NCBI GenBank assembly: GCA_051294375.1
Contig: CM119266.1
Coordinates: forward strand, 24,813,653 to 24,877,652
Reading direction: 5' to 3'
DNA length: 64,000 bases
Source: Paraspadella gotoi
Taxonomy: Eukaryota; Animalia; Chaetognatha
The number at the start of each line of letters is the position of its first letter. The first letter of the stretch is position 1. The notes beneath the pieces were generated by a model. It ran no database searches, had not been told where the DNA came from, and worked only from the letters and a program-made list of their open reading frames with translations. Of the stretch, positions 14,654-27,104 are shown piece after piece. A program made the translations under genes and the position numbers.

Positions 14654-15542
14654 CGCGGAAGATAAGGCGGCCCATTGCGTCCGTCCGTCTCGGCAAGGGA
14701 GCAACAAAAAGATCAAATTATGGGTCTGACCGCGCGCGCTGCCTCCGAAACCATGGGCACCACGAGGCACCGCGAGGCACCGTTGGGCCTCGCGACGGCC
14801 CACGAGGCCCGAAAGGGTCGAATCTAACGGTCCGACGATAAAACGGCCTTTGAGAGCGAGATTGAGGGGGGGGGGGTGACTCTTTGAAAATTGGACTTAA
14901 AAAAAAGAGAAGAAAATGAAAATTAAATTTGAAGTGAAATTGCGTGGAACGATAAACATCCGTTGCCAAGGAAATTGATTCAATTCGCCGATTTTGGACT
15001 TTTGTCGCCGTCATCATCATCGTCATCGTCGTCGTCGTTTTCGTGGTCTTAACTCAAAATACGTCTTCCCTTTCAGTTGAGTTAACGATAATTTCCATCT
15101 GCGACGCTGACCTTCACCCCACGGCGATTAGGAGCTTCTTCACTCCAGCACCCCCTTTCACTCCAGCCTCCTTCACTACATCCCGCTCCATCACTCCATC
15201 ACTCCATCACTCCATCGTCACCGCCACCGAAAGGCGCGAAGACGGAGACGGAGTCATCGCCTCAAGCGTCGTCGCTTTTGTCGTCGTCGTTGTCGTCGCT
15301 GTTGTTTTCAATTCAGAATTGATGCTCTTTAATGAAAACGATTGTGAGTAAAAATAGATTTTTTTATTTAACACGGAGAAACATAAACTAAAACTGATAG
15401 TACGATTATTTTAGAAAGTTAATAATTAATCTTGTTAAGGCACTACCGTAATACTTAAGGGAGTGGTCTTTTCATACAATTGAAACATTCTTTGAAACAT
15501 TATACCACTTCATTGATAGGGAAGCCAGGTACCCTGGGAGTG

Positions 15543-15715
15543 AATAAACGAGACTGTGAGAGAGTCTTGATTGAAAGCTTGCAGGGACCTGCTATATAAT
15601 TATCTTCTAAGATTGAAGGAGGCCTTAAAACACCAAAGCCTGTCCAAAGTCAGGGGCAAGATAGCTTATTTATTAAATGAATGGATAATTTTTATATTGG
15701 TTGTACCAATTTCAT
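15543..15715. mobile_element. Partial (right-half) MITE copy inside a 297-bp insertion specific to copy 2
   Basis: Matches ~12583-12755. The segment 15441-15737 is replaced by 4 bp (26894-26897) in copy 3. Confidence 0.75.
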
Positions 15716-15865
15716 TACAAAGAGTCATCTGTTTCTCACGAGTCAAATTAGAGGCTAAAAATGACCCAGAAAAAAAGAAAACAAAAGAATCGAACAAAGA
15801 AAGAAGTCACCCCAGAAAAATAATTACAGGTTCTTTTGATCAGTTGCTCTACCTTTCGTATGAAC

Positions 15866-15901
<36 letters not shown>

Positions 15902-15911
15902 CTCTTCTCTC

Positions 15912-15952
<41 letters not shown>

Positions 15953-16938
15953 TTCCATCTCTTCCCTCGGTGTTGATTAAGATTCTTGGAGCCAACAATT
16001 ATTATTCTCGTGTCTGGCCGTCATAGTGACTTTTCTTTTAAATCTAATAATAAATTCTGGGAATTAAACCAGTAATTGGTATAGAGTTTTTTGCTACTCA
16101 GAGTAAGTTTATAGTTGCGTTTTTCGACTGCTATTCTGACGAAGAAAAAGTTGAAAAATTAAAACCCTTTTCTACCTTATTTACCTATTTAACCAAACAT
16201 TAAATTCTTACGAACTTTTTAAACTGCTTGTTTCAAACTCTGCATCGACAGCATGGCGAAAAAAAGCAATGTCAAAAAGCATGGCCAAGAAAGTCAAATA
16301 AAAAAAAGCATGTCCATCGACTCCTTGGCAAAAAAAAGTGGATCTTCGGATAAAAATCATGAAAAACTGGTCTCTCTTTGGGTCGCATGAAATATTCGTG
16401 GTTGACCGATGATTTGCATCTAATTCGGTATAATTCATCGAACCAACGTCAAGGCGGTTTTTACTTTTTCATTTTTTCTTTCTTTTCTCCCTTCTTCTTT
16501 CTATCCTGCTTTTTTTTTTAGCTCTTAAGGTTTTCCTACCATTCCTTCATCCTTTTCGATAAACATTTTGTTGCAATTTTGTTCGCTTTCTTTGTCTTCT
16601 TGTTCCTACCTCCCCTTTTCCTGTCTCCCTTTTCTTAATTTGCCGGTTTCTGTTCGCTTTATTATTTTTTATCTTTTCCTCCCGTTTTCCCTAAATCCCA
16701 GCCCGGTGTCCACTGTTTAACTTCTCTTTCCCCGCTTTTCTTTTCTTTTCTTCTCTTCCTCCATTTTCTCGTCTCCTCTCCTTTTCTTCTTTCCTTCCTC
16801 CGTTTTCCCAGCCTCCACTCCGAAGACGAACTGCTTGATTGACCTCGTCGGGGTCAAAGTTCCGACCTCGATGGCCTCGTGGAGGAAACCTCGGCGATCG
16901 AGACGAACAAGAAGAAAAGAAGAGAGAGAAGAGAAGAG

Positions 16939-16971
<33 letters not shown>

Positions 16972-18152
16972 GAGAGAAAGAGAGAGAGAGAGAGAAGAAG
17001 AGAGAGAGAGAGAGATAAAGAAAATCTCAAAATGACGAATATTATGAACAAAGCTTATTGTTGGAGATTAAATCTTTCTTTTTTTTGGTTACTCCGTGTT
17101 CTCTCGGTCTTGTCCAGACTTTTCGTGTACTAGATACATCGTCACGTGATCATTGGTCATTTCTGGTCATTGGTCTCTGGTCAGGGTTGGGCGAGTTCCC
17201 TGAGGCGGCCGACTACGAGATGAGAAGAGTAAGAGATGGAGAGCAAGCGAGTGGAGGGTGAATTAAGTAAAAATAGAGAAAGAAGAAAAAATAACGAAAG
17301 AGCAAAAATAAGATAATAACAACCAAACTAAGAAAAAAAAAGAAGAAAAAAGAAAAAAAAGGAGCCAGAGAAAAATTCCGAGTCCGAATTTTTATATCGC
17401 TCGCTTCTTTTTCTTTTTCTCTTCTCTATTTTCTACCTCTCCTTTCTTCTCTCCATCCTTCTCCATTCTCCTTCTTCTCTCCTTCCTATCATTTAGCGAA
17501 AAAAAAAAACAATCATTAATTTCGCGATATCTGCCTTTCGTTCCTGCATTTTCTCTTTCTCTTCCTCTCCACCTCCACCGCTGCCGCCACCACCCCTCCA
17601 TCCCCCTAAACCTATCTTTCTCGGGGTCGTAATCATAACAAATGGAGGTCAGTTCCAGGGGTCGCCTCGGGTTCAAAAGGGGCGACCACTAAACCGGACG
17701 CGGTCTCCAGGAATTCCACCTTCGCTCGGGGTTTAAAAGAGGGAAGGAAAAAGGAAATTATGGACATCATTAGACTTTGTCATAGGACGATTCTGGGCTC
17801 AGGAATTTCGGTCAAACGAAAAAAGGGCCGCGCGTGCGAGAGATAGATATGGCTAATATATTTGTTCGAACTCTCTCTCTCTCTTCTCCCTGTCATCTTC
17901 TCTCATCTACGCTCTCTCTCTCTCTCCTTTCCTAGCTCTCTCGATCTCTTCTCTCTCTCTGTTTCTCTCTTTGACCGGCCATTTTACCATAATCTTAATC
18001 ATCTTAGCTTTGGGGAATGGGAAAAACAATCAAACAGAAAAAAGAAGTCATTGGCGTAATTTAGGTCAATCAGCCAATCAGCGGCGTTTGATGACGCCAT
18101 AACTCTCGTTCAGCGACGGCGCCGAATCTGCTTTCCCGAGGTTTGTTTGTGT

Positions 18153-18642
18153 CAACGAACCCGTAGGGTAGGTCGAGGGCCTTCCTCGGTATCTCTCCCG
18201 TCGCGTAAGCTGTACTGAAGCTGAAGTCGTCCCAACGTCCCTCGAAAGCGTGCGTCCGGAAAGAGTGGGCGACGGACGCCCGGCGCCGATGGACGAGCGC
18301 CGTGAACGCCGTAGCGAGCGCCGTCTCGAAGACGGTAAGAAACCCCGCGGTCGGCCGCTACGGCGCCGCGAGGGTAGTCGACGAAGGGCGTCACGATGGT
18401 TGGTCTGAAGACGCCACAGAGCACGTCCACAAGTCTTACGGCCACGAAGTCTATCCAACAGAGCCGTCCACAAGTCCTTGAAACCACGAAGTCTCATGGC
18501 TCTAGGCCGGGCCCGTAAGGCCTCACTAAAATGGTAATCATGGCGTAAGGTTGACGGTGACGTGAACGTGGGGTGACCTAAGCTCCGTAAAAGGGCGTTT
18601 TTGGACGGGCTGAGAAAGTCTAGAGTCTATGGCCTAATATAT
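18153..18642 (-). other. Coding-like block C downstream of the integrase (frameshifted, truncated at the junction)
   Basis: Acceptor CTTTTCTTTCTCTTTAACAG at 18644/18643. GC-rich segments read DFVAVRLVDVLCGVFRPTIVTPFVDYPR, FETALATAFTALVHRR and FEGRWDDFSFSTAYATGEIPRKALDLPYGFV across frameshifts. Contains a ~41-bp tandem duplication (~18413-18495). Confidence 0.45.
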
Positions 18643-19689
18643 CTGTTAAAGAGAAAGAAAAGGAGAGTAATCTCCAAGTAAAAGCAAAAGCACAAATCTA
18701 CAAAAGGTCAAAGAATGGTAAAAACAAAATGGCAAAGAAAATATAATAGAAATGGATCGCCATTTCTATACACCCGGCCTTCAAGTGAACTCGTAGAGTT
18801 CCTGAAACATCTAGAACGAGTTTCCTGTTCTGAAAGGGGATGATGTAGAGGAAATGGCTTATGAGGAAGAAAAAAGAATTAGGAAGAGGAAGAAGAAGAA
18901 ATAGAAAGAGGAGAGGAAGAAAAGATAAGGAAAGAATAGAAATCGAAATAAATGGAGAAAAATATATAGAGAGAATGGATATTACTTTATTAGTTCTACC
19001 TGTCGCCAACGTACTTTCTTTTACTTTTTTTTTTTTTTTTTTTATGTGATTGAACTGTACTACTGCCTTGAAGATAATTTGAAACAATTGTACTAAGATT
19101 GAAAAGAACATGACGTTTCAATAAAATATAAAACGAAAATGCTAAGTTAAGTCTATTCTTAATAAAGAAAAACTTTAGTGAGAAAATGAACGTTTTAAAC
19201 AGAAGGAATATAAATCTACTAACATAGGGAGATAATGTTTCTGTATTCAGAATCAGAAATAGAATGCAAAGAAAACTTACTAAGTGCACACGTCCGGAAT
19301 AAATAGAGTTTTAAAGAAAAACTAAAAAAATGCGACGTCCAACGGTACTAAAGTTTATAAGTTTTCAATATAAAACCCGAGGGATATTTTTTTACAACGA
19401 TTTTGAAGCAAGTTAACAAAATAGTAATAACGGTTTTATAAAAAAAAATTCTTTCAAGCATGATTAAGCAACGTGATGATACGTCAATGCGTACGAACCA
19501 TGATTAGTAACTTAAAATTTAACTTAAGAATCGGACGAGAGAAAGGAGAAACTATTACGAAGATTAATGTTTATTTTTACGATTCTAAATTCTAAAGATA
19601 AACGTTTATGAAAAAAAGGAAAAAAACGTAGCTATTGAGTTAAAGTTGTCTTTCATCAGTAAATCTAAAATCAATAGGAAATGAAATTC

Positions 19690-20677
19690 AATGATAGTCG
19701 GTTTGTAAAATGATCCGTTTCGAATTTCGAGTCCGTGGAAGATTTCGGTTGGCGCGACGCCCGCGTCCGGCTCCGCCGTAACAGGCTGAGGCCGGACTTC
19801 GACGTCTTCCTTGTGAGGTTCATGTCGTCCGGCCCGCCGATACCGCGGGGTTCAAGATCCGGAAGTTTTCGCCGTTGATTCTATTGATTTTTCTTACCAT
19901 CTCCACGAAGGTCGTCGTCTTGCCGTAGAATGACGCGTTCCTCTGCCAGCGTCACTGCCGGCATAGAAGGGGAGTGGGGGGGATGGGGGGCGATCTCGGC
20001 CACCGATACGAATGATTCATTTGCGAGGAATGGTCGGTGGAGTCGACGATCACCGTATCTGAAGTCGTCGTCGACAGGGTCGACCGAAGATGTCGGGAGT
20101 GTTGTCCGAGGTCGTTATCGGAGCGGGCATCTTGACGGTGAATCCTTGGAGGGGTTTCAACATGGAGGATCGGCGGTGCGCGATACTCCTCGCGAACATC
20201 CCGGTTTCTGAAGCTGTGGGGATGGGATCAATCGTAATGTCCAGGATAGAGTGCTGGGCACCTCGGCGGTCTAGGCGCCGACGTGGTGGGAGGGACGTCT
20301 TCTGGCGGGGGGTTTAGGTCGGTGAAGTCGTCGTCCCAGCGTTTATAGTTGCGCCACCACTCTGTTGTTTTATCCATGTCGCCGCTACGCAGGCGTTTTT
20401 CCTGGTCACGTCGGTAGTCATCATGGACCTTCCTTGCCTCGTCTTTCGGTAAGCCCCATTTTGGTATGGTTTCGATCGTACGTTTTTGTCTTCATTCTCC
20501 AGCTTCTTCTTCCTCAACTCGACCGTCATGGAGTCCGGCGCGGAAGCAATGCTCGATCTCGATCCGAAATCCCGTTGCCTTTTCTCCGCCACCCTCCTCT
20601 CTAACCAATCGTTGTCACTCATCCATAAATACCTCCAAATCGACGGGGGAATCGGAACGGTCGGATTCGTACTCAGT
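19690..20677 (-). other. Coding-like block B downstream of the integrase (frameshifted)
   Basis: Acceptor CATCTCCCCCCTTCCGCAG at 20679/20678. Segments read MSDNDWLERRVAEKRQRDFGSRSSIASAPDSMTVELRKKKLENEDK and IPKWGLPKDEARKVHDDYRRDQEKRLRSGDMDKTTEWWRNYKRWDDDFTDLNPPPEDVPP. The 3' end is approximate. Confidence 0.5.
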
Positions 20678-20881
20678 CTGCGGAAGGGGGGAGATGAAAG
20701 GAAAATGAAGGAAAAAAAAAAAAAAAAATTTTAGATTTCGTTAATACGTTATGCATTAGATAAAGATTCAAATTTCATAGATTTCACTTGATACGATTTT
20801 TTAAAACCTCGTCTGTCAGTTCCGTTGGAGTTGTGATATCAAAACTGGGTGGAGGTCATTTTGGGAGAGTGCATTGCTACT

Positions 20882-21918
20882 CTACCCAAGACACCAGATG
20901 ATAAATCCTGTTCGATTTCTGGCATCTCGACGGGCGCCCGGTCGCGGCCTCCTCTTCACCACTCGGTCGAACCAAGATTTCGTTGATTCCGGTTGTTGAA
21001 GAGCGAGGAGAGACCGATTCCAGCATCTTCCGGACTCATCATAGAGGGGCGAGGGTTCGCCAAAGCCGCGGAGCTGTAGAGGGTCGTCCTCCTCGGCCAT
21101 TTCTTCATCGATTTTTCCTTTCATGGGAAGTTCGGCCGGCTGCCGCTGATACCGGCGGCGGTCGGCCGAAGGAGGCTGCGAGGGGCGGCCGCGGCGCCGA
21201 TACCGGCTGCCGCGGCGGCAATTCTCTCCTTGAAAGCGACCGATTTCTCAAGTTGTGTTCCAACTGCGCGGTCGCTCCTCTTTCCCCTTCTTCTCCCCGG
21301 GCGGGTAATCTTAAAGACCCGGCCGAGGAGCACTCTGCCGCCCCCTCAGACCGACCCGTTCCCTCCCCGCCAGGATCACACGCTCGCCGGTTGAGCCGGC
21401 GCGGGCGGAGCTGGAGGGGGAGGGGGACGGCGGGGAGGAGGAGGAGAGACGAAGAGAGGGACCAGCGCCGGAGATTGCACTCGCGGAGATGCAACCTCCG
21501 CGAAATCGCCCGCTCCAAGGATTGTCCGGACCTCCATATGATCTTGAAAACTCCTTGTCTGTAGTCTGGCCAATGATCTGATGGGGGCGCAGATATTGAG
21601 CGCGGTGTTGCTCCAATGAGCACGATCTGTGATAGTGATAGACCGGCCATCGCGACGATCTCGAAGTCTCCAAAGTGCCGACAATGCGCCGCTGGCGGGA
21701 GCAAGGCACGAGGTCACCATGGTCGGCCCATGGACCGATTCCCCTCTAACTCGTCCTCATGAAAGAGCGCTGAGGACGGTATACACTGGTTCGCCGTACT
21801 TTCGCCTGCATAGGCGATCCAAGCCACTGCCTTCTCCAACCGCTACGCGGTGAGCGTCATAATCGTCGTAGACGAGCCCGGCTCGATTAATACTCGAGTA
21901 TGATGGGAAGGAAGCCAT
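20882..21918 (-). other. Coding-like block A downstream of the integrase (frameshifted, Pro/Ala-rich)
   Basis: Acceptor TTTCATGTATCTTTAACAG at 21951/21950, ATG at 21918 (MASFPSYSSINRAGLVYDDYD...). Later segment FQDHMEVRTILGAGDFAEVASPRVQSPALVPLFVSPPPPRRPPPPPAPPAPAQP. Sharp GC rise relative to flanks. Confidence 0.45.
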
Positions 21919-22198
21919 CGTATTTGATTATGATATAATGAAAATCGCTCTGTTAAAGATACATGAAAATTCGATACCAAAAGAGAAAAAGATACAAACT
22001 AGAAAGTATATTATATTTTTTTTTTTTACAATGTTCACAAATAATCGCCACGTCGTACTTTCTAAGTTCAATTCCGTTACCGAATCAAATAAATCTTATC
22101 TTACTAATTTTACAATGACGTAAAGGATGAATGATTATCAAAATAGTAAATAGATCAAATAACTCGACGATAACGTCTGAGTAGAATTTATAAATAAT

Positions 22199-23128
22199 TT
22201 AGTCACATTCTAATGGAACAAAACGGTTACGATCTCGCTCAAAATATTTGTCATTTGCCGTGCACACGGTAACGCGTCGCACGTGACTTCTGGTTCCAAC
22301 ATCGATCACAAGCGCGAGTCTCCATGGTCTCTCGCTTTCAATTCATCTATCATAAGTACGAGTGATCTTTTTAAGATTTTCTTGGGTGTGACCATTTCTG
22401 CCTTTCTTGTAAAGTCACTACGTATTCTGGTCCACCTGTCCCAAAAATCATCATAATCGTCTTTGCCTTCTTTCCATGAGCTCCTCAACGCCTCACCATC
22501 GAGAGCCTCCGGTGGATATGATCCTTCTCGGGGGGGCGTGAACACCGGATAAAAGTAGGTCAGCCGCGTTAGCGCGTCGAGACTGTCGGATCGTCGGGCA
22601 CTCTCGTGAGGGGACGTCTGTTTAAGATGCCCTCACTGAGGCGAGGGCCGTCGCAAGTACTCACATATGTAGTTTTTCTTTTCCGAGAAAAGTACGGTCA
22701 AATGTTTTTTCGCTGACTTTACGAGACGTTCCAGACGCGCCCCAATGCGGCGCAAGAGGCGGCGAAAAAATCCATTCGATACCGTACTGAATCATCGACT
22801 TTGCAGTTCTTCGCCTTTCCATCTATCACCGCCTGCCTCAATTCCGCGTCGGCGCCGTGAAAATTGGTTCGTTGTCGCTATAGAAACGCTTGGATCCCGG
22901 ACGGCGCGCATCGAAGCGTAATGAGGGCGTTTAATGAAGGATGATGAGGAACAAATCATGAAGCATTTCGAGATGTACGGCGCGCATTTCATACACGTGA
23001 AAATGGCGACCCAACGTTTCGCCACTGCCGCGGCCTCCGTGGACGACGCGAAAGGGGGCCGAAAAACGTCGACGCCGGTCGCTTCGAAGGGGGCCGCCGG
23101 GGCGGTTTAATCGATCTGCCGGAATTTC
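22199..23128 (-). pseudogene. pol: BEL/Pao retrotransposon pol C-terminus: integrase core (rve) + DUF5641-like domain, multiple frameshifts
   Basis: Reading across frameshifts gives PFEATGVDVFGPF (D1), KRWVAIFTCM, AVHLEM, FYSDN (D2), GIEWIFSPPLAPHWG..WERLVKS (E), LNRRPLT, DFWDRW, LVLMIDE, VRRVTVCTAN..FERDRNRFVPLECD-stop (TAA 22201-22199). This motif order is characteristic of BEL/Pao integrases. The frameshifts may be read errors. Confidence 0.9.
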
Positions 23129-23153
23129 NNNNNNNNNNNNNNNNNNNNNNNNN

Positions 23154-23510
23154 GAAGACGCAGCCTTGATCGATCGAAGTATGCGATCTCGATGGAAATG
23201 TTAAATGATTAATGACTAGCGTCGTCGTCATTGTCGTCGTCGTCGTTAAGGAGAAAAACAAAAGGGGCGATGATAGTGGACGTTTGGGTCGAGAGAGGAA
23301 GAGGAAGAGGAAGAGAGAAAAGCGGGAGGAAAGAGGGAGAGGAGAAGGGAAGAATGGGAGGAGGAGAAGACGAGGGAGAAGGGGACGGAATGAAGGGGTT
23401 TTGAAAAGGAAGGAAGGAAGGAAGGAAGGAAGGAAGGAAGGAAGGAAGGAAGGAAGGAAATGGCGATATGAAGAAAATAGAGAGGAAGAAAGAAAGAAAG
23501 AAAAGAAGAA

Positions 23511-23561
<51 letters not shown>

Positions 23562-25308
23562 AGAAATTAGGAACTAAAAACTACGAATGTCACTATCAAA
23601 AAAAAAACAAGAAGAAAAATATCAGCAAATTTTTGTCTCGGCGACGAAGATGTCACGAAAAAAAAATCGTCGACATAATCGACAAAGGTCAAGAATTTGG
23701 AGACGTCAATTCAACTGGAGATCGATTGGCGACGCAAAAGATTCAAGCAAAGTTCAGAGAAAGGGCCTTTGGAACTGTGGGCGCAGGAAGGAGCTTAGTC
23801 AACTCAAAGAGATTAAACTTCGATCATTTCTTCAACCCATTTACGAGTATAATTATTTTGCGAATCAGGCATAACATTTCTTTATGAAATGGTTACAACC
23901 AACATAAAAATAATCCAATCGTCGATACATAAGCTACCATGCCCCCGATTTTGGACAGCGTATGGTGGGTGAAAGCATCCATACTAACAAAAATAAACGA
24001 GACTGTGAGAGAGTCTTGATTGAAAGCTTGCAGGAGACCTGCTATGTCATTATCTTGTAAGAGTGATGGAGGCCTTAAACCACCAAAGCCTGTCCAAAGT
24101 CAGGGGCAAGATAAGCTTATTTATTAAAATGAATGGATAATTTTTATATTGGTTGTACCAATTTCATACCAATTACATAGGAGCTTTCAATCGAGACTAA
24201 CATGAAGATTTACTGGGTACGGTAGACTCCCGAAGCACCTGGCTGACATACCAAAAAAAAAGGCGGTTAACAAACAGTTTCATTAATTCACAAAAAAATA
24301 AGAATGACTTCTTGAACCGGGAATTGTACGCGATAGAAAAGTAGATTTTTTTTTTTTCTGACTCATAATTTTCTTTACACTTTGAATATAAACCGAAACC
24401 ACAGCCTCCCTCAGCTCGAAAAACGGCCAAGTTAGAAACCTTTTTTCCGGGACGCAAGTTCCCCGTCACGATTCCAACAAAAATAAAAGAAAAATCAAGA
24501 ATTTTTTTTTTTATCTCAATTTCTCTCTGATCAAAATTCAAAATCTCTCCCCCCCCGCCCCCCCCAAATGAAAAAAATGGTTGTCGGAAAATTCCGACCC
24601 GAGGGTCTCGATGCGATGATTATCCTTCGGGGCAGAGTTAGACTCCTTCCTTTCATTTTTCAAGCGGACCGACGAGAGAACGTTTGGGCGGTGGTCGGCG
24701 GGCGACGGTAAGTGTCGGCGAGTGTGGGTAAGTGTCGGCGAATGCGGTGAGTGTCGACATGTCGGCAAACGTCGCGGCACCGTCGTTACTCGGAAAGATC
24801 AAAAGACCTAAATAAGCTGCAATGTATACGTTTGAATATATATATATCTATATAGATATAAATATATACATTCGACGTTACAAAATATCCTCGGTACTAA
24901 TTTATCGAACATAAAACTCCTAAAATACAGTAGGGACCCATTGAATTATCATTTTACTGTCTCATGATTTAAGATTATGCTTTACTCTCCTGCATCTCAG
25001 GTATCAATTCTTTCCCCGACCACGAACGTATAGAGATGCTCCCAACGATGACGACAACGACGACGACAACGACGACAACGACGACGATGCCATCTATTTT
25101 TTTTCGGATGGAAAATTCAATTTTTTCTCTTTTTTTTTATTTTTTTTTTATTTCGTTGAAAGATCCCGGCGTCTCGTTTCTCTTCATTCTCTTCTCTAAC
25201 TCAAATTCGATTTTCAAATCTCTCTCATTCTTCTTCTCTGCTTTTTTTTCTAATTTATTTTCTTTCTTTTTACCTTACAGGCGATTTCCGCTATCTCTCT
25301 CCTCTCTC

Positions 25309-25368
<60 letters not shown>

Positions 25369-26028
25369 TCTCTCTCTCTTTTCTCTCTTCCTCTTTCTCT
25401 CCCTCTTATCTGTCATGAGAGAAGAGAATGAAGGCGAAAAAATTCTTACGCTGATTAACTCCATCAATCAACTTCCCCTTCAGACTTTTTTTTCTGCATC
25501 AAAAAGTAAAAAAAAGAAAACTACGACCGCTTTTGCGGCTTTGGTTATTGCAGACTTTGCGCCTTAAAGTTAGTGGACAATTTTTTTCCGTTTGCTAGAC
25601 CTTCCTTCCTTTCGCTTTTTAAAATGTTTCCCTTCCAATTAGTTATGGTCTTAAACGTCGGCTAACCCTTTCTTTTTAATGTCAAATAAAGTAATGTATG
25701 TGATTTTATCTAGTCATTTACAGTCATTTTACTTTGATAATAAAAATAAATTTGTAGAAAAAAAACCCTTTAAATTCAATTTTATGTGTTTTCGTTTTAT
25801 CTCATTGTTTCAGTTTCGTGAATCTCGTGTTCCCCACAAAACCAATGTAACTAATTTCACAAAAAAAAAAACTTGAAAACAAAGCTTTCGTCCAAAGTGA
25901 AACTGCGGGTCAAAAGATTCTATTTTTATCGCGTCACTAAAACGAACCAAACTTTGCGAAAAGACATAAAAAGAAAACAAATAGAATAAAATGAAGATGA
26001 CAGCGAAAGTGCCTAGAAAAAGAGAGAA

Positions 26029-26087
<59 letters not shown>

Positions 26088-27024
26088 AGAGAGAGAAAGG
26101 AGAAGAGAGAGAGAGAGGAGCGCGAAGATAGGCGGCCCATTGCGTCCGTCCGTCTCGGCAAGGGAGCAACAAAAAGATCAAATTATGGTCTGACCGCGCG
26201 CGCTGCCTCCGAAACCATGGCACCACGAGGCACCGCGAGGCACCGTTGGGCTCGCGACGGCCCACGAGGCCCGAAAGGGTCGAATCTAACGGTCCGACGA
26301 TAAAACGGCCTTTGAGAGCGAGATTGAGGGGGGGGGGTGACCTTTTGAAAATCGGACTTAAAAAAAAAGAGAAGAAAATGAAAATTAAATTTGAAGTGAA
26401 ATTGCGGGAGACGATAAACATCCGTTGCCAAGGAAATTGATTCAATTTGCCGATTTTGGACTTTTGTCGCCGTCATCATCGTCTTATTCTTCGTCGTCTT
26501 CGTGGTCTTAACTCAAAATACGTCTTCCCTTTCAGTTTTGTTAACGATAATTTCCATCTGCGACGCTGACCTTCACCCCACGGCGATTAGGAGCTTCTTC
26601 ACTCCAGCACCCCCTTTCACTCCAGCCTCCTTCACTACATCCCGCTCCATCACTCCATCACTCCATCGCTCCATCGTCACCGCCTCCGAAAGGCGCGAAG
26701 ACGGAGACGGAGTCATCGCCTCAAGCGTCGTCGCTTTGTCGTCGTCGTCGTCGTCGCTGTTGTTTTTCAATTTTGAAATTGATGCTCTTAATGACAAACG
26801 ATTGTGAGTAAAAATAGATTTTTTTATTTAACACGGAGAAACATAAACTAAAACTGATAGTACGATTATTTTAGATAATTAATCTTGTTAAGGTATTACG
26901 AGTCAAAATTAAGGCCAAAAATGACCCAGAAAAAAAGAAAAAAAAGAATCGAACAAAGAAAGAAGTCACCCAGAAAAATAATTACAGGTTCTTTTGATCA
27001 GTTGTCTACCTTTCTTATGAACCG

Positions 27025-27104
<80 letters not shown>

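Larger units (their letters stand above)
9851..18152 (+). repeat. Copy 2 of the duplicated unit (includes internal tandem duplication ~11519-11708 / ~11709-11905)
   Basis: The 5' part is collinear with 1-3832, and 11709-18152 is collinear with 23154-29386. Similarity stops abruptly at 'gaggtttgtttgtgt|caacgaac' (18152). Confidence 0.9.
18153..23128 (-). mobile_element. Truncated BEL/Pao LTR retrotransposon 3' region (integrase plus ~4 kb downstream); no LTR recognised
   Basis: Unique block absent from the paralogous unit, bounded by the 18152 junction and the 25-N gap at 23129-23153. Contains integrase motifs. That the downstream 4 kb belongs to the element is inference. Confidence 0.65.

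Noticed and set aside
15077-15343. Exon-like segment with acceptor and GTGAGT donor
   Set aside because: The reading frame differs between copies 2 and 3, there is no recognisable domain, and I found no partner exons.
19900-20700. Possible reversed/complemented DNA or TAG-reassigned genetic code (the plain complement showed a frame with many in-frame TAG)
   Set aside because: Those TAGs are mirror images of GAT (Asp) codons on the true minus strand. The neighbouring integrase and the host genes read normally in the standard code.
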